From Asterias rubens (lineage: Eukaryota), in the NCBI RefSeq assembly GCF_902459465.1, contig NC_047081.1, forward strand, positions 4,278,001 to 4,342,000: 64,000 nt of DNA, in the 5' to 3' direction. A program made the position numbers and the translations under genes. The notes beneath the pieces were generated by a model. It did no database searches, had not been told where the DNA came from, and saw only the letters and a list, made by a program, of their open reading frames with translations. Below, in pieces: positions 50,319-63,785 of this stretch; the first letter of the stretch is position 1, and each line of letters starts with the position of its first letter.

Positions 50319-50888
50319 AGTCACCTGGAAGTGGTATTTTTTCAAAATAAAGCTTTTGTTACTAGTATATGTGTTTTGATGAGTGGAATGTGACAAAACA
50401 GTTAACTAAGGTTTTAAAAAATCAGTTCTTATGTTATTTACAAATTTAAGAGTAGACCCCGACCCGAGAGGGCGCTGTTCGTGATGTCAATCGAGGCAAA
50501 CTTTGCCTGTAATGCGTAGAATAAACACAATTGCAAAGTACATGTACGGACCAAGTCGTGAGTTTGTACGTTTCAAAAAAAAAAATTTTTGTTTTTTTCC
50601 GGCAATGCCGACCAGGTGTATTGCTGCTGAATGCAGAAAAACACTTTTTGAAACGTACCAACTCACGACTTGGACGTACATGTACTTTGCACGTGTGTTT
50701 ACTATACGCATTGCAGGCAAAGTCTGCCTCGATTGACGTCACAAAAGGGGTAGGCGGAGTCAGCCCCCCAAACAACTTTATATATTTTTTAACCATATAA
50801 ATCGTGACAAACAATTACTAAAAAAAAATGTTTTATTGTTCGTAAGCTCTTATGTTTGAAAGAAAAAAAATTATATTTCCAGGTGACT
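50319..50888. mobile_element. Kolobok-like MITE family C with an internal inverted repeat of about 100 bp
   Basis: TTAA|AGTCACCTGGAA ... TTCCAGGTGACT|TTAA. Internal arms at about 50479-50580 and 50645-50742 are near reverse complements. Confidence 0.85.
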
Positions 50889-50892
50889 TTAA

Positions 50893-51238
50893 AGGCAGTG
50901 GACACTTTTGGTAATTACTCAAAATAATTGTTACCATAAAATCTTACTTGGTAACAAGCAATGGAGAGCTGTTGATAGTACAAAACATTATGAGAAACGG
51001 CTCCCTCTGAAGTGACATAGTTTTTGAGAAGAAGTAATTCTCCACGAGTTTGATTTCGAGACCTCAAAATAAGATTTTGAGGCCGAAAGCGCACAACTAC
51101 GAGGACAAGGGTGTTTTTTCTTCCATTACTATCGTGCAACTTTGGCGACCAATTGAGTTATTTTGTGCACATGTTGAGATACGCCAAGTGAGAAGACTGG
51201 TCTTTGACAATTACCAATAGTTTTAGTGTCCAGTGTCT
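50893..51238. mobile_element. Kolobok-like MITE family A (reverse), sharing one TTAA with family C
   Basis: TTAA(50889-50892)|AGGCAGTGGACAC ... CCAGTGTCT|TTAA. Confidence 0.85.
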
Positions 51239-54200
51239 TTAATTACAAAATGTTTTGGGGGACCTTTTTGTAGAGAATCAATTGCCAATCTGTAAATTTC
51301 TGTTATTAATTGTAGAATGTTCTGTACATACTTGGAACTTTTTTAATTCCTAGGCTAGGTTTTTTTGGTTGCATTTTTCACTTTGTTTTGTATATCAAAT
51401 GTTCTTCCATGATGACTGAAGTCATGTTACCTCCAAGTTTCTGTCCACGTTTTACAAGATGTTCGTTTGATTAATTTAAGTGGGAATGGTGTTTGTTGAT
51501 CATATGGCGTGTTGTGGCCAATGATTCAGGCACACTGAACTCAAGCTCAGGTGTTTCTGATCAGCAGAGTGTGGGTTTGAGTCCCGGTCTTGACACTTAT
51601 CCTAAAGCAAGACACTTACCTTTATTAGTCTTTTGGATGGGACATATAGCCAGCTAGGTTCCATGCGTTGGATGTTGCATTGTATTACACTTATTGCTAA
51701 GAGAAGATGTTTGCGCCAGTAATTATGACAGTGGTTGCTGAGTGCGCTGCAGCGCCTGTGAAACTGTTAGAAGGTGCTACATTTTTTCAAATTTCAAAAA
51801 CCTGTCTTGAAAATGTTTCTTTGTTTAATTGCCTCGAACTTCGAGAGGCAACTTTTACATGCAACTATTAGGTGCAACTAACTGCAGCGCATGCTACAGG
51901 ACCACTTTGGTAGCACATGAGTAATTTTGCAAACAATGTCTTACAGTCTCCCAGAAAAAGATGTGAACATTCAAATGTGAATGGATTCTCTTCTTGCCTG
52001 GAACTGTTGCCTCTACGTTGCCTTGTGATAAGTCCCTAAGACTCTCGTATTACTTACTCAGTTTCTCATATCATGAAGTTAGAGTTTAAAACCCTCTAGC
52101 TTTTGTTAACAATGTATTCCTACGAATTTGATGAGTTTATAGTGAAAATATTTCTCAGCTGAAATGATAAATGTTTTTAAAAATGGCCCTACATTTTCAA
52201 GGTGGAGGCACAATCAACTCATAACAATTAATTAAAGTATGTTGTTCAGTGGAGGGTGTTATGCTGTTGTTGGTGGAGAAATGACCTTAAAAATTGTATT
52301 TGAACAACAAGTAGGAATTGTGAAATAATTTGCTGGTACTGTGATGGCTATGGTCCGCCATATGAACACTGGTCCGTTGTGTTATTACACTCGCATATAC
52401 AATGTATAGACTGGTTCCACTAAGCAGAATGTTTACGTAATTATTTGCGATATGTCCCTGCAAGTGAAGGACAGCCCTGAACTCTTTACAGCAAGTTTTG
52501 GTTATCATAAAAAGGAACAAAATATCAGGTTTATACAGTACATTGCACATTTTAGGCATACAATTTGACTCACAAAATGGTGAGCTGGTTAGAGAGTAGC
52601 TGCGTGTGACATTGGTGCAAGGGGTCAATACTAGAAAACTCAGTTGGACAGGTAGTGCATTCTGCTCTACCAGCAAGGCTCCTAGTGGGAAATACTCATG
52701 CCTACAATCATTATGGACTGTAAGGGGGTAATCCTGTTTCAGTAGAAGGCAAAGATCAGACCTGTAAGTGGCCATCTCGCCTTGTGGTGTAAATGCAATT
52801 TCTCACCAAAAAAGGGAAGAAAAGGGAGTAAGTAGTGATGTTGGCTTTCCCAATCAATTCAAAAGACTTTTCATTAATAATGTTATTTTAAAATATGTAA
52901 CCCGCTCTGTGAAAATGAGTCAGATGTAGGCAATTTCAGGATTTGAGTTATATGCATGGCTGCGAAGAACACGTCTCGGCTTTGGGGTGTATTGCGTTGC
53001 TGATTTACTCCCGTTTGAAATTAGCCACTACACCATTTTTTTATGAAAAACAAATTACAAGTAAAATGATATTTTAAACTACCATTGTGTGCAAAAGGAT
53101 ACAAATTAGACATAAGTATGATCACAACATTGTTTGTTCATAGCTTTATTGCCTAAAATAAGTGTTCTAAAGGTTAACCATGCAACTAAAGATCTTATTC
53201 CACCTGTAACTGTCCATAACTTAATATTATTGCATTGGACGACATGCGACTCATTTTCACAGAGTGGGTCACATATTGTTGTTCAATATTCATTTATTCA
53301 TTCATTTAGGTTTATTATTTGATGAATCAAAATTACATTATGTACTGTTGTTAAACCAAACTTCAATTTAAATTAATTGTAGGTTATGCCTATGAGTGTT
53401 ATTTATTTCATTATTGTGAAATTTTAAAATAAGTTGTACTTTCATCTCAAATTCTTAGCCATAAACACTGAAATCTGACATAAAGCTAATTGTTGTTTGT
53501 TTGTTGTTTGTTTAACTTTGAAAAGTATTATTTAAAGCAGGATTTTGGTTTCTTTGCTCTAAAGTCTTTTTGTCTGCTAAACAGAAAAAGGAGTGAAATA
53601 AACTATTTGTACACACAAATAGAAACGGTGGTCAAGACAATGGTCATCAAATGAAATTGGCTGAATGGCGGTGCCCTCCAAATATCCCGTTGTGTCATTT
53701 ATTTTCACTTTAAGCCATGACCACATTGGTATTTCACTCAAACTGCCTCCAGCGATTATAAGAAGCCTATAGAAAATTGTCTGAGTTTTTCTCTAAAGAT
53801 TATTGTATGGAGAAAAGTTGTATTAAAATTGAGACTGCCTATATCGGCCTGACCCTTCTCTTTTGGAATACACCCAGCACATGCCTGAAAAATAAATTTT
53901 TAATATCTAGATGCATCTTTTTCAATCCTTTCACCCAAACAGATGATATTGTGAAAGCGATTTTGCCCCTACCCTGCACACTAACAAAATAGGTCTGGTT
54001 ACCTCGATGAGTAAACTGAAAGTCAATGCCAAAAGGTGCATAAGAGTAGCTGGTGCAGACTCAATTCACTGTTGGGAGATTGCTACGACCACCAATGATC
54101 GCACATGTTTTAAACTTTTGTATTCATGTACTTCAAGATGGTAAACTCATTAGTCAAAGCCCATTGTTATTGTGGTGCAACCACACAGTGCCGTTTCCAA

Positions 54201-57200
54201 TCATTCGCTAAGGCTCCTGTTTGATGTTGAAACACCATTCGAAAAACACACTGCTCCAAAATTGATGAAGGCGCCAAAGCTGGATTAAGAAACCAAGCTT
54301 GGATCTGGAAAAGGCCCTCTTATACAAGTTAGGCCCCTTTCATGACAAAACAGCCCAACTCAAAAACTTTTGTTTTTTTTGTAAGATTATTTTTTTCCCA
54401 TTTCTAACGCATGTATGGATGTGAACAACATGTCCATTCTCAGCCTCTTTCTACACTTTGTTCCATTTTTTATGGCGAAACAGCTTCTCTCTGCACTTGC
54501 TTTTCACAAAATGTCATTTTGAATTGTGCCATGAAAATATGATTTGAAAAATCATTTCGAAATATCATGTGTTACCATCATGGAAGGTCGTGTAGTTCTT
54601 CCATTGGATTCATTCTAGAGCAAGGCCTATCAATGCAATCAGAACTGGCCCCATTCACTCTGAGTCTAGACACCATGCTAAAATCCTATGCTGCAGCATC
54701 CAATAATTGGTTGTCTTTTGCAAAGATAAAAGAAAAGACTGCAATAATGAAATAATCATATAATGCAGTTCAAATAAAACTCTGTGTACTGTCATATTAT
54801 CATCATGTTATCGTCAAATCACACAAGATAGACCTTTATTAGCTGTCATTTTTATTTGGGATTAGCTAGTTCAAACATTCTTTTTATAGTAGGAGGCAAC
54901 AAAGACCTGATAAATGTTTCGCAACCATTCTACCCCCCCCCCCCCCAAACTGTCATGATGAAATAATTTTGCATACAATATAATTCATGGTTCTGTTCAG
55001 TTGTTGTGTAATTTACTGACCTGATCTGATGGGCATGCACCACATTGAGAGAGACCAGGAAACAATGTTAATTGGAAATCCTTTCAAATAGTTTACATTT
55101 ATGTCATTATTAGAACCACCCCCCCCCCCCCCCACTTACAACATGTCATATTATAGTATTCTAAGGGAATTCCATATAATGAGGTTGCAAGACAGCAAGA
55201 CATCCAGTTTGAGTTTTAATAATAATTTTAAAGGAAGTTTTAAAGATGGTTACCATCCTAAAAGCATATGGACGACATTGCTAATTGCATTTTTTGTGAC
55301 CAAATAGTTGCATGGATTTGCGAAGCTGTGAAAGTTTAAGCTCAATCAGTGCAGTCAACCTACAAACACGTTGCTGACCTGGTAAATCAAAGACTTCCAT
55401 TGTTCTCCCATTGTTAATTTTTAGAGATATCATCAATAGATGCTTCAAAGTCATTTGTTTTAAAGAACTTAGTCCCAGGACAAATTTGACAGACGATGCT
55501 GTTTCAAAAAAAAAACCTACCCAAAATGTTGCATTTTATTATGCCATGAAAAAATGCACAAAATAATTCATGCAAAATATTTGTACATGATGTCCAAGAC
55601 CCAGACTATAATTAATTTTAGTATTTAACTGCCACATGTCATTGGTAGATTTGTTCATGCATTACATCTAATGAAATCCAACAGCTTGAATCTACAAAAT
55701 ATAGCCAAGTCCATCAAAAAACAGAGCTGGCATCTTTAAAAGAATTCTAAGAGTGTCTCTGTGGACATGGAGCAATTATGTGCTCAATTACAGGAAATCT
55801 CAACATAAACCTGGAGATTTGCCCAGGAGCCTATCAGGGTCTGTAGAACCATGTAGAACACTGGCGCCAATCAGCTACACACTTAACCAGGTCCTACATG
55901 GTGGTGGAGCTTGTTTACTTTATCATCAACATGAACACATAACTTTCCAGAGGTCTCTTTTGAATAATAACAATAATAGTTGGTTTTTATATAGTGCCCT
56001 TTAAAAACTATTTCAGCTCCCTTGGAGTATACAACCTGTGCTGTGAATTGTAGCGCCACTACTAATCAATCACAAGAACCTTCTCTAGCAGATACCCATT
56101 TACCCCTGGGTGGAGAGAAGCTTACAAAACTTCTTGACCCTCATTGCCCATCCCAAAACAACTCACCTCTGCACTTATGATGGTTACATGAAAAAGTTCA
56201 GCATGATGATCCGTTTGTTAGAACACCCACCCACAGTCTAAATGATGAAACGTAAAGTATTCAAAGCGTAAACAAAAATAAACATTTGTTGGTGGGATAG
56301 TTGCTGAGATCCCTGCAACAATTTGTTACGGTGGGTGGTTGGCCGAGTGATTGAGTAGGCCTACATGTCAACTACAAATTGTCCCCTAGCAGTGAAATAA
56401 TTGCTTTATCTACCAGCCTGCTTTTAAATATTTAGGGGTAGTGCAACGGAACTTTTTGTGGGTTTATGTAATAAACCAATTGTTTCATGTATGTAATTGT
56501 TTCATCCTGTTTCATACAAATTGGACAGCATAGGCATTGAATTATTTGAGAGAAAAATAGTTATACCACTTGAAACTGGTACAGAAGCACAGAGGTTATG
56601 CGACATAACTTATTTATTTCGCACAAACAGTACCAGTTGATCGTCCCCTCCCTCATCCTTTTTTGAGTGCTAGCTTTTCTTAAAATAATATTGGAAAATA
56701 TTGGTAGTTGACAAGTCTGAAACTGGCTTCATACAAAAAGGAAATGCCAGTCAAGGAATTGGCATAAAACATACACTCTCCATAAGAAAATGTCACATTG
56801 GATCAGGCTAGCCAACTGCAGGGGATAATTTTAAAACTGTACATGCATGGATTGTTTAATGAAATAATGTTCATTTGAATCAAAAGACCTTCAGGAAATG
56901 AACAGCAAACCCAAAGCAAACTATGAACCCTGGGTTTATTTGTACTGCAAGACCTTCAAAAATTCCTAAACCTAATCAACTATTGGTTTTCTCGAACTAA
57001 TTAAATAACACCACTAAGTTGTGACCAATGTGTCTAGGGTTTAGTTTGTTCAGTCCAAGCGCCTTTATTGGGATTATTGATTGTTCCAAAACCCAGATAT
57101 CAAAGTTGGAAGGAAAGGCTCATTTACCCTATTTACACAACACTCTGACAAGAAGATTTGAAGATTTGAGAGATGAATTGGCAAACAGTTGGAAACCGTA

Positions 57201-57230
57201 GACAAACAAATATCAATATTTGGAAGAAGT

Positions 57231-57560
57231 GGTTGTTCTGAGAGGAACCAGAATTGAGCAGAAGAAGTATTTATGAGAAGAACTAGAATTAAGATACAAG
57301 CAGTAGCTCAGAGTTGAACTGGAACTAAGTCCTGAGAAGAACGGAAATTAAGATGAAAAGAAGAGAGAAGAACCAAAGTAAGAAGTAGTCTTTCTGAGAA
57401 GAACAGAACTGGATTTGAGATAGAAGTTTTGAGAAGAACCAATTAGGTAGGAAGGGTTCCGAGAAGAACCGAAATTGAGATAGAAGTGAGGGGTCTGAAA
57501 AGAACCGAAATTGAGATAGAAATTATAGTTCAGGGAAGAGCCGTTATTGAGATGGAAGTG
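57231..57560. repeat. Degenerate purine-rich minisatellite, unit of about 30-35 bp built on TGAGAAGAACC(G)AAATTGAGATAGAAG
   Basis: GAGAAGAAC or close variants recur about 9 times at roughly 30-40 bp spacing. Confidence 0.65.
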
Positions 57561-58083
57561 GTAATTTTTCCTTCCTTTTTGTTATGTTGGTATTTTTTAT
57601 TAGAAACCATGTTCCTGTTAATAAGGAGTTTTCCCAAACCATTGATAACCCGATTTTGAGGACTGTGGTCAACAAACTTTTGAGGGTCTGTATTTCGCCT
57701 CCTCTTTTTGAACAGATTTTGAATTTATTGGGTATTTGCCCCTTCAGGTCTTCTCTGATGTATTTGTATAACAGGCTGTGTGCCATAGAAGTTATTTTAT
57801 TAAGAATACTAGGTTTATGTGAGTTGGATAATCCCAAGGTTGGTACTTAGTAGGGTTTATTTTCTAGTTTATGTGTATTTGGATAAATACTTGTGTGTTT
57901 ATTGGGTGTCATTGCGCCCTAAAATAGAGAGCGGCTTGATTAAAGGACTGGTGTACTGTACATCTCCCTGGGTCAAGCTGCAACTATCAACTCAAAACTA
58001 TCAACTCAAAGTTTTATTTGTTTTAGAAAAGAGTGTGTAACCAGTGGTGTAGCTAGAAAGCTACCAACACAAACCATTTGTAA

Positions 58084-58262
58084 AGGCCCGGTCACACAGG
58101 CCCCGATAACGAGAACGAAAACGATAATGCTAAAAATGCACGCCCTCGATTGGTTGAATGAGCGTGGGCGTATTCTGCGTGGAGCAATTCAACCAATCGC
58201 GAGCGTGCATTTTTATCGCTCTCGTTTTCGTTCTCGTGATCGAGGCCTGTGTGACCGGGCCT
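58084..58262. mobile_element. Tourist/Harbinger-like near-palindromic MITE, TSD TAA
   Basis: TAA|AGGCCCGGTCACACAGGCC ... GGCCTGTGTGACCGGGCCT|TAA. Confidence 0.9.
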
Positions 58263-59291
58263 TAAGAAGTGCAGGACATAGACCTACATTCTGTTAAGTA
58301 CATCAATTGACAAACCGAACAACACATGCATTTTTGCATTTTCCAAATGGACAGTCTTAATAATTAAGATCGAAAGATGTTTAATTTTTTAGTCCCAGTT
58401 TTCTTTTGTCTTTGATCTCTCATGTGAGGGGTTATACCACTACGAAGAACTTTCACCGGACTTAAAATTAAAAAAGGTCTTCTGAATGACAACTTTTATC
58501 AATATTATTATATGTTTTGGTATTAAAAAAACACACCAATATAACATACGCTAAATAACAAGAAAAGTATTTAGCTCTACTTTTCACATTTTCAAAGGTT
58601 ACTTTTTTCCTGTCTCCCACCCCCCCTCCAGAATATTAGTACATGTATTCAAAAATCAAATCAATACTCAAACCATGCATTTATGATCTATTGGAGTGTT
58701 ACGTTGTCATGGTTTTTCTAGAGAAGATAACATCATATATTTATAACAGGGCAGAAGTCAAGAGTGTATTTGCAGTGGTCCATGTATGCTTTATTAAATG
58801 TTTACACAGTGTTTATCTGCAGTGTAAAACACCTTTACAATTTGGAAACAATCGCAAAATCGGTGTATATACTGGTTGAATGGATGATCACTTTTGCTTA
58901 GCTGGTCCAGCACAGTATTAAATAGGGCATTCAGGTTGCGGGGGGGGCTTAGGGCTTAGTAGTTTTTACCCTGTCTCTTTCACCTCTAAGACCCAGGTTA
59001 AAATTCCGCTTACCACTGTCTTAGTCACATATTCTAACTACTCCTCGGACATGTATCTTCACTTCTGAGAAACAACTCCAAAGATCCCCGTATACGCCCG
59101 CTGCCACCACCCCTCATCTAGATTGTTATTTTACTAATCCCATTCTACTTTCTCCTAAGACCGGCGTAACTCTATACTCAAACAAACTGCGCACATAGTT
59201 GTTGACTGGATCCTATAGACATTGACATACCATCATCTCAAGCGTGGGTTCATTAATTGAATAGAATCCAGAGTCCAGAATCGGGCTTTAA

Positions 59292-59616
59292 AGACACTAG
59301 ACACTATTGGTTATTACTCAAAATAATTGGAAGCATAAAGACTTACTTGAAAAGCAATAGAGAGCTGCTGATAGTATAAAACATTGTGAGACGGTTCCCT
59401 CTGAAGTAACTTAGTTTTAGTAAAAGAGGCTATTTTCAACAAATTTGGTTTTAAGACCTCATAATTAGATTTTGAGGTCTCGAAAGCACACAACTTTATA
59501 CTATCTCGCAACTTCGATGACCAATTCAGCTCAAATTTTCACAGGTTCGTTATTGTATGCATATGTTGAGATACTCAAGACTGGTCTTTGACAATAACCA
59601 ATAGTGTCCAGTGTAT
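59292..59616. mobile_element. Kolobok-like MITE family A (reverse), 39 nt past the TRIM stop codon
   Basis: TTAA|AGACACTAGACACTATTGG ... CCAATAGTGTCCAGTGTAT|TTAA. Confidence 0.85.
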
Positions 59617-59655
59617 TTAACAATTGTGATTCATTATAATCCTATTTTATGACCG

Positions 59656-61434
59656 TTACTCATTGCAGTAGATTTGAACTGATTCATCAGTAGCCACAAC
59701 CAGATCACCAGCTGGTGTGATTGTAATACCATAGGGATAGGCACACCCCTTAACGATGCATCCAATGTACACTCCATCATATCTGTAATGTTGAATCTCA
59801 CTCGGTAATGGGTCTTTATCCCATATACATGTACCAACAAAGATGCTACCATCCTTGTCACAACACAACCCACAAGGCAACATGTTATGATTGATATCTA
59901 CTGAAAATACAATGTGACTATTGTAGTCCATTGATTCTAACTTCTTGTCTTGCCTCTTGGTGTAGATGAGTTGCTGTTTGTGGATAGTCAAGTATTTACC
60001 AATCCCTGAAGCGGGCAGTGTTGTGATGATGGATCCATTTTGTCTGAGTAGAGAGATCTGTCCCTGGCTATCATATCCGACAGCTATGACATTATTGTCA
60101 TCTACTGCTATACATGATGGCTGGATGGCTGGCTGTCCACCCAGAGTGAACTGATGGAGACACTTATACTTTCGATTGAAGATCTTAACTGCAGTGTCAT
60201 CTACAACAATGAGCTCATCATTCTTGTTCACAGTCACTTTCCTTGGATTAATGAGACCTTCAATTGGCATCTCTTTTGGGGTGACCTTGGATTGAGATGC
60301 AGATACTTTGATCAAGGTTCTGTCCTTTAAATCAAAGACAACAACCTCACCATTGCAGTAAGAAGCAACCTCCAATGCACAGATGTTTTTCATCTGTTTA
60401 TATCTGTTCTTATAACTTGTTATTTCTTTTTTCATTTTCCATGTCTCCTGTGTCAGGTTTGTCTGAAGTTTGCACGGTGTTGCTGAAGCAGAAGTTGCTC
60501 CTTCTAGTTTCTGGTCTTCTTTTATTCTCAATCTCCCAAGTGATTTCTGATCATCTTCAAAGTCAATGTAAGCCAGGTCATGATGCACTCGTTTGGGTTG
60601 TACATCTGTGTAGTCTTTGAGATCTTGTAAACGTTTCTCTATCAGGTGTAGATTTTCACAAAAGTTAAATTTTATACACATGTTGTGATTAACTATAACG
60701 TTCATATTCTGCGCTTTTTTCATATCATTGTTATTTGCGGTTCGTGCTGTTTCCATTTCTTTGGCTTTGTCTTCATAAGTCCTGTCTAATTCTACCATCA
60801 ATTTGTTCTCTTCATCTTTGATCCTTGCAGTCTCCTCAGCAATCTTCTCAACTGCCTTCTTGGAGATCTTTGCTTTGGTAGCCTTAAAGCAATCCTCTAA
60901 CAGCTCCCGAGACCTACCTATGTCTACTATAGCAGTCTTGAAACTATTGTGATGCTGTCCCACTGCTGCTAATATTTCATCCGCTTTCTTCTTGCAGTTG
61001 TCTAAAACCTCATTCAGCTCAGTGGTATGATGTTTTCTGTGGTCCTTTGCAATGCACAATGTACATATCAACTGTTTGCATGGGTCACAATACATGATAA
61101 CATCCTTGTCCGTATGCTTGCTACATTTAGAAACGGACCCCTGACTTGGTGGTTGAACCTCTTGTTCTGTTTCGTTCAACATAGAAGTCATTTTCAAGTC
61201 AGTTGGTAGATCAGCAACTCCTCCAATAAGTAAAGTTTCTCCACGACACACTGGGCATTATTAGTTTTGGACGATGTGGGTATTGTCTGCAAAATGTTGA
61301 AGGCATTCCAGACAAAATGAATGAGAACACTCCAGCATCTTGGGCTCCTTGAAGCGGTCCTTGCAGATTGGACATTCAAGATGTCTATGGCTGATCATTT
61401 GTAAGACTGACTCAGCTGTGATTCTTTCAGCTAT
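59656..61434 (-). pseudogene. TRIM-NHL-like gene (C3HC4 RING, B-box2, coiled coil, NHL-like propeller), single coding exon, RING interrupted by TAA-TAA; pseudogene, null allele or RING-less variant
   Basis: ORFs 61461-61261 and 61251-59656 are in the same frame, separated by TAA TAA TGC CCA. The RING reads CPIC...CSHSFCLEC LQHFADNTHIVQN**CPVC, with all 8 ligands present. The B-box CSKHTDKDVIMYCDPCKQLICTLCIAKDHRKH is intact. NHL-like repeats include PRKVTVNKNDELIVVD, PSCIAVDDNNVIAVG, PCGLCCDKDGSIFVG and PYGITITPAGDLVVAT. A splice acceptor (tttaatttccAG) precedes 61469. The probable ancestral start is ATA at 61434 (AAG ATA GCT). Confidence 0.85.
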
Positions 61435-62465
61435 CTTGTTTGATTTGTGATTGAGCTTCAATTGTTTACCTGGAAATTAAATGAAAAAACAATATATGAA
61501 CTTTCCAAGCGATCTAGGGCATCAGACTCAAGTTCAGAGTGTGGGTTCAAACCAGATTCTTGAGTGGCGCACTAATTTGCTGAAAAAACATAATCATATT
61601 TAATATAATAATAATAATTGGGGGGGCTAATCATCCTTACTCGCAGCTGAGAGCTGAATTGCGAAGGACGCAGCTACAATGTGTCCGAGAAGCTGGCATG
61701 CAAGGGTTGCTCTGGCTGCCAGCCACATCAACCCATCCACAGAGGACAGCCAAATATCAAAAGAGTTTGATTTTTTCCCGAGGGAGGAAAACCAGATAGT
61801 CTGGGAAACCCTAGTGACACAGCAGAGAACCAACGCACAACTCAACTCACATATGGCCCCGGCCGGGAGTCGAACAAGGGGTCACCTGGGTGAGAGGCGA
61901 GCGCCTTATGCACAAGCCAACCATGCCACCCATTCACAACCATTCATTCATTCCTTAAACCATCTCAGCTCCCTTGGGAGTATACAACCTGTGCAACAAA
62001 TATGCCCTACTTGGCTAAATCAATCACAAGATACTTCTCTGCCCTATCAGGTACCCATTTACCCCGGGTGAGAAGCAATTATAGTAAAGTGTCTTGCTAT
62101 GGGACACAAGTGTCTTGACGGGGATTCAAACCCACACTCTGCTGAATAGAAACACCAGAGCTTGAGTTCGTCACTCTTCCCGCTCAGCCCTGACACCCTA
62201 CAATCGAAAATTGCTCCTTTTAACCCAGTTGTCTAAACTGGATTCTATGAGTGCGTGATGTGGCAGTTGGATAAATGGTAGTTTAATTTAGTTTTACCTT
62301 GTTTGAACATCTACCTAAATACATATGGAAAAGGGAAACCTGTTCTGAATTGCTAGCTTTGTAGATGCATTATTCAATGGATAGGGCTTTTTCAGGCAGT
62401 GGGATGTTTCGTAATCTGGAAATTTGAATAAAAGTAAATGAGTAGTGTAGGGTTTCTTCTAAATA

Positions 62466-62811
62466 TATTTATTAGCATAAAACCTTTCTTGGTGACAAGT
62501 AATGGGGAGAGGTTGATGGTTTAAAACATTGTGAGAAACAGCTCCCTCTGAAGTGCCATAGTTTTCGAGACAGAAGTAATTTTCCACGAATTTGATTTCG
62601 AGACCTCAGATTTAGAACTTGAGGTCTCGAAATCAACCATCTAAACACACACAACTCGTGTGAAAAGGGTGTTTTTTCCTTTCATTATTATCTCGCAAGT
62701 TCGGCGACCGATTGAGCTCAAATTTTCACAGGTTTGTTATTTTATGCTTATGTTGAGATACACCAACTGTGAAGGCTAGTCTTTAACAATTACCAATAGT
62801 GTCCACTGCCT
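62466..62811. mobile_element. Kolobok-like MITE family A (reverse, one end missing)
   Basis: Family interior, ending CCAATAGTGTCCACTGCCT|TTAA. Confidence 0.8.
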
Positions 62812-63659
62812 TTAAAAAGCACTCTTTTTAAAGTCAATATCCTGTCACTGAAAAAGTTTGCATTAAGGGCATATCTTCTACCCCCCTGCATTGAAAACTC
62901 ATAAATTATTGCTCTTTCTGTCAATCACCTCAAAGGCACGTCAAATAATTCTAATGTGTTTTTGTAGGCTGGTGGGCAGCTTCTTTTAAACTGTTGTGGA
63001 CTGCTGCGTGAAGAAAAAGTAGTCTGAAGGACCTGCGGTATGAAAACTTGTATTATCATATGAACGATAACATTTGGCTAGGTTATTAGCTGTTTGTTGT
63101 TCCTTAAGTTCATTTAGTAAAGAGTGCTTGTCCTATCTGTCCTAAATGTGTCTCTAAAACAAATATATTATTCCTCAAAATATCTCAACAGATCCTACTC
63201 TGGTTTCCTTTGACACTATATGTAGGCCTACCACGGTAAATATTCAACTTACTTGAGTTGTGAGAAAGAAACGCAATGGCTTGAACACATCGAATCAAAC
63301 GTTGAATGTTGCGAGAGGATATTCAGTCAACAATCTGTTGTACTATGGTCGAATGACACACCTTAGCTACAATGTATACTACTAGTTCACTGTATGGATG
63401 TGTAGAATGTATAAAATCTATTTTGAGATGTTGGTGTTGGTTGAATGACTTACTGTTCTATGCATGAGTAACTTTGTGCACGGCTGATTTTGATAAAAAT
63501 AACCAAATTGTGCACGGCTGTTTTTTATTCGTTTCGACAATTTATGTAAAGGTATATAAGGTCAGGTACATGTTTATTGGTGGTTCTGTGTGTAACAGGA
63601 ATGGAACTGACTTGATATGGGTTTGTTTGTGTGTTTTTTCAAAAGCATTGGAGCATATA

Positions 63660-63785
63660 AATGCTGTGGTATGACACTGCTCTAGAATCACAAAGGTCAG
63701 GGGTTCGAGTCCCACCCAAGTCATATGCATGTGATTTTTTTTTCACAGAATTCGGGTAAGTACTGAGTATACAGTGCTAACACAC
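63660..63785 (+). mobile_element. tRNA-derived SINE (third family)
   Basis: B-box GGTTCGAGTCCC followed by a non-tRNA tail. Similar fragments at about 24460-24510 and 35260-35340 (minus). Confidence 0.55.

Noticed and set aside
50446-50814. Mirror-image ORFs on both strands (MPAMR.../MPVMR...)
   Set aside because: These are a by-product of the internal inverted repeat of the family C MITE, with no transposase motifs.
52287-52775. 162-aa minus-strand ORF
   Set aside because: No recognisable domain or splice context, and it partly overlaps repeat-like sequence. Treated as a chance ORF.
57544-57837. 97-aa ORF with YIR...RGG, loosely like a Penelope GIY-YIG tail
   Set aside because: The spacing does not match and no GIY/YIG or reverse transcriptase motifs are nearby.
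61258-61263. Stop-codon readthrough or selenocysteine recoding in the TRIM RING
   Set aside because: The codons are two consecutive TAA, not TGA, and TAA is the least leaky stop.
61251-61272. A 22-nt GT...AG micro-intron that would remove the TRIM stop codons
   Set aside because: It is too short, has no donor or branch consensus, shifts the frame (22 nt) and would delete a RING cysteine.
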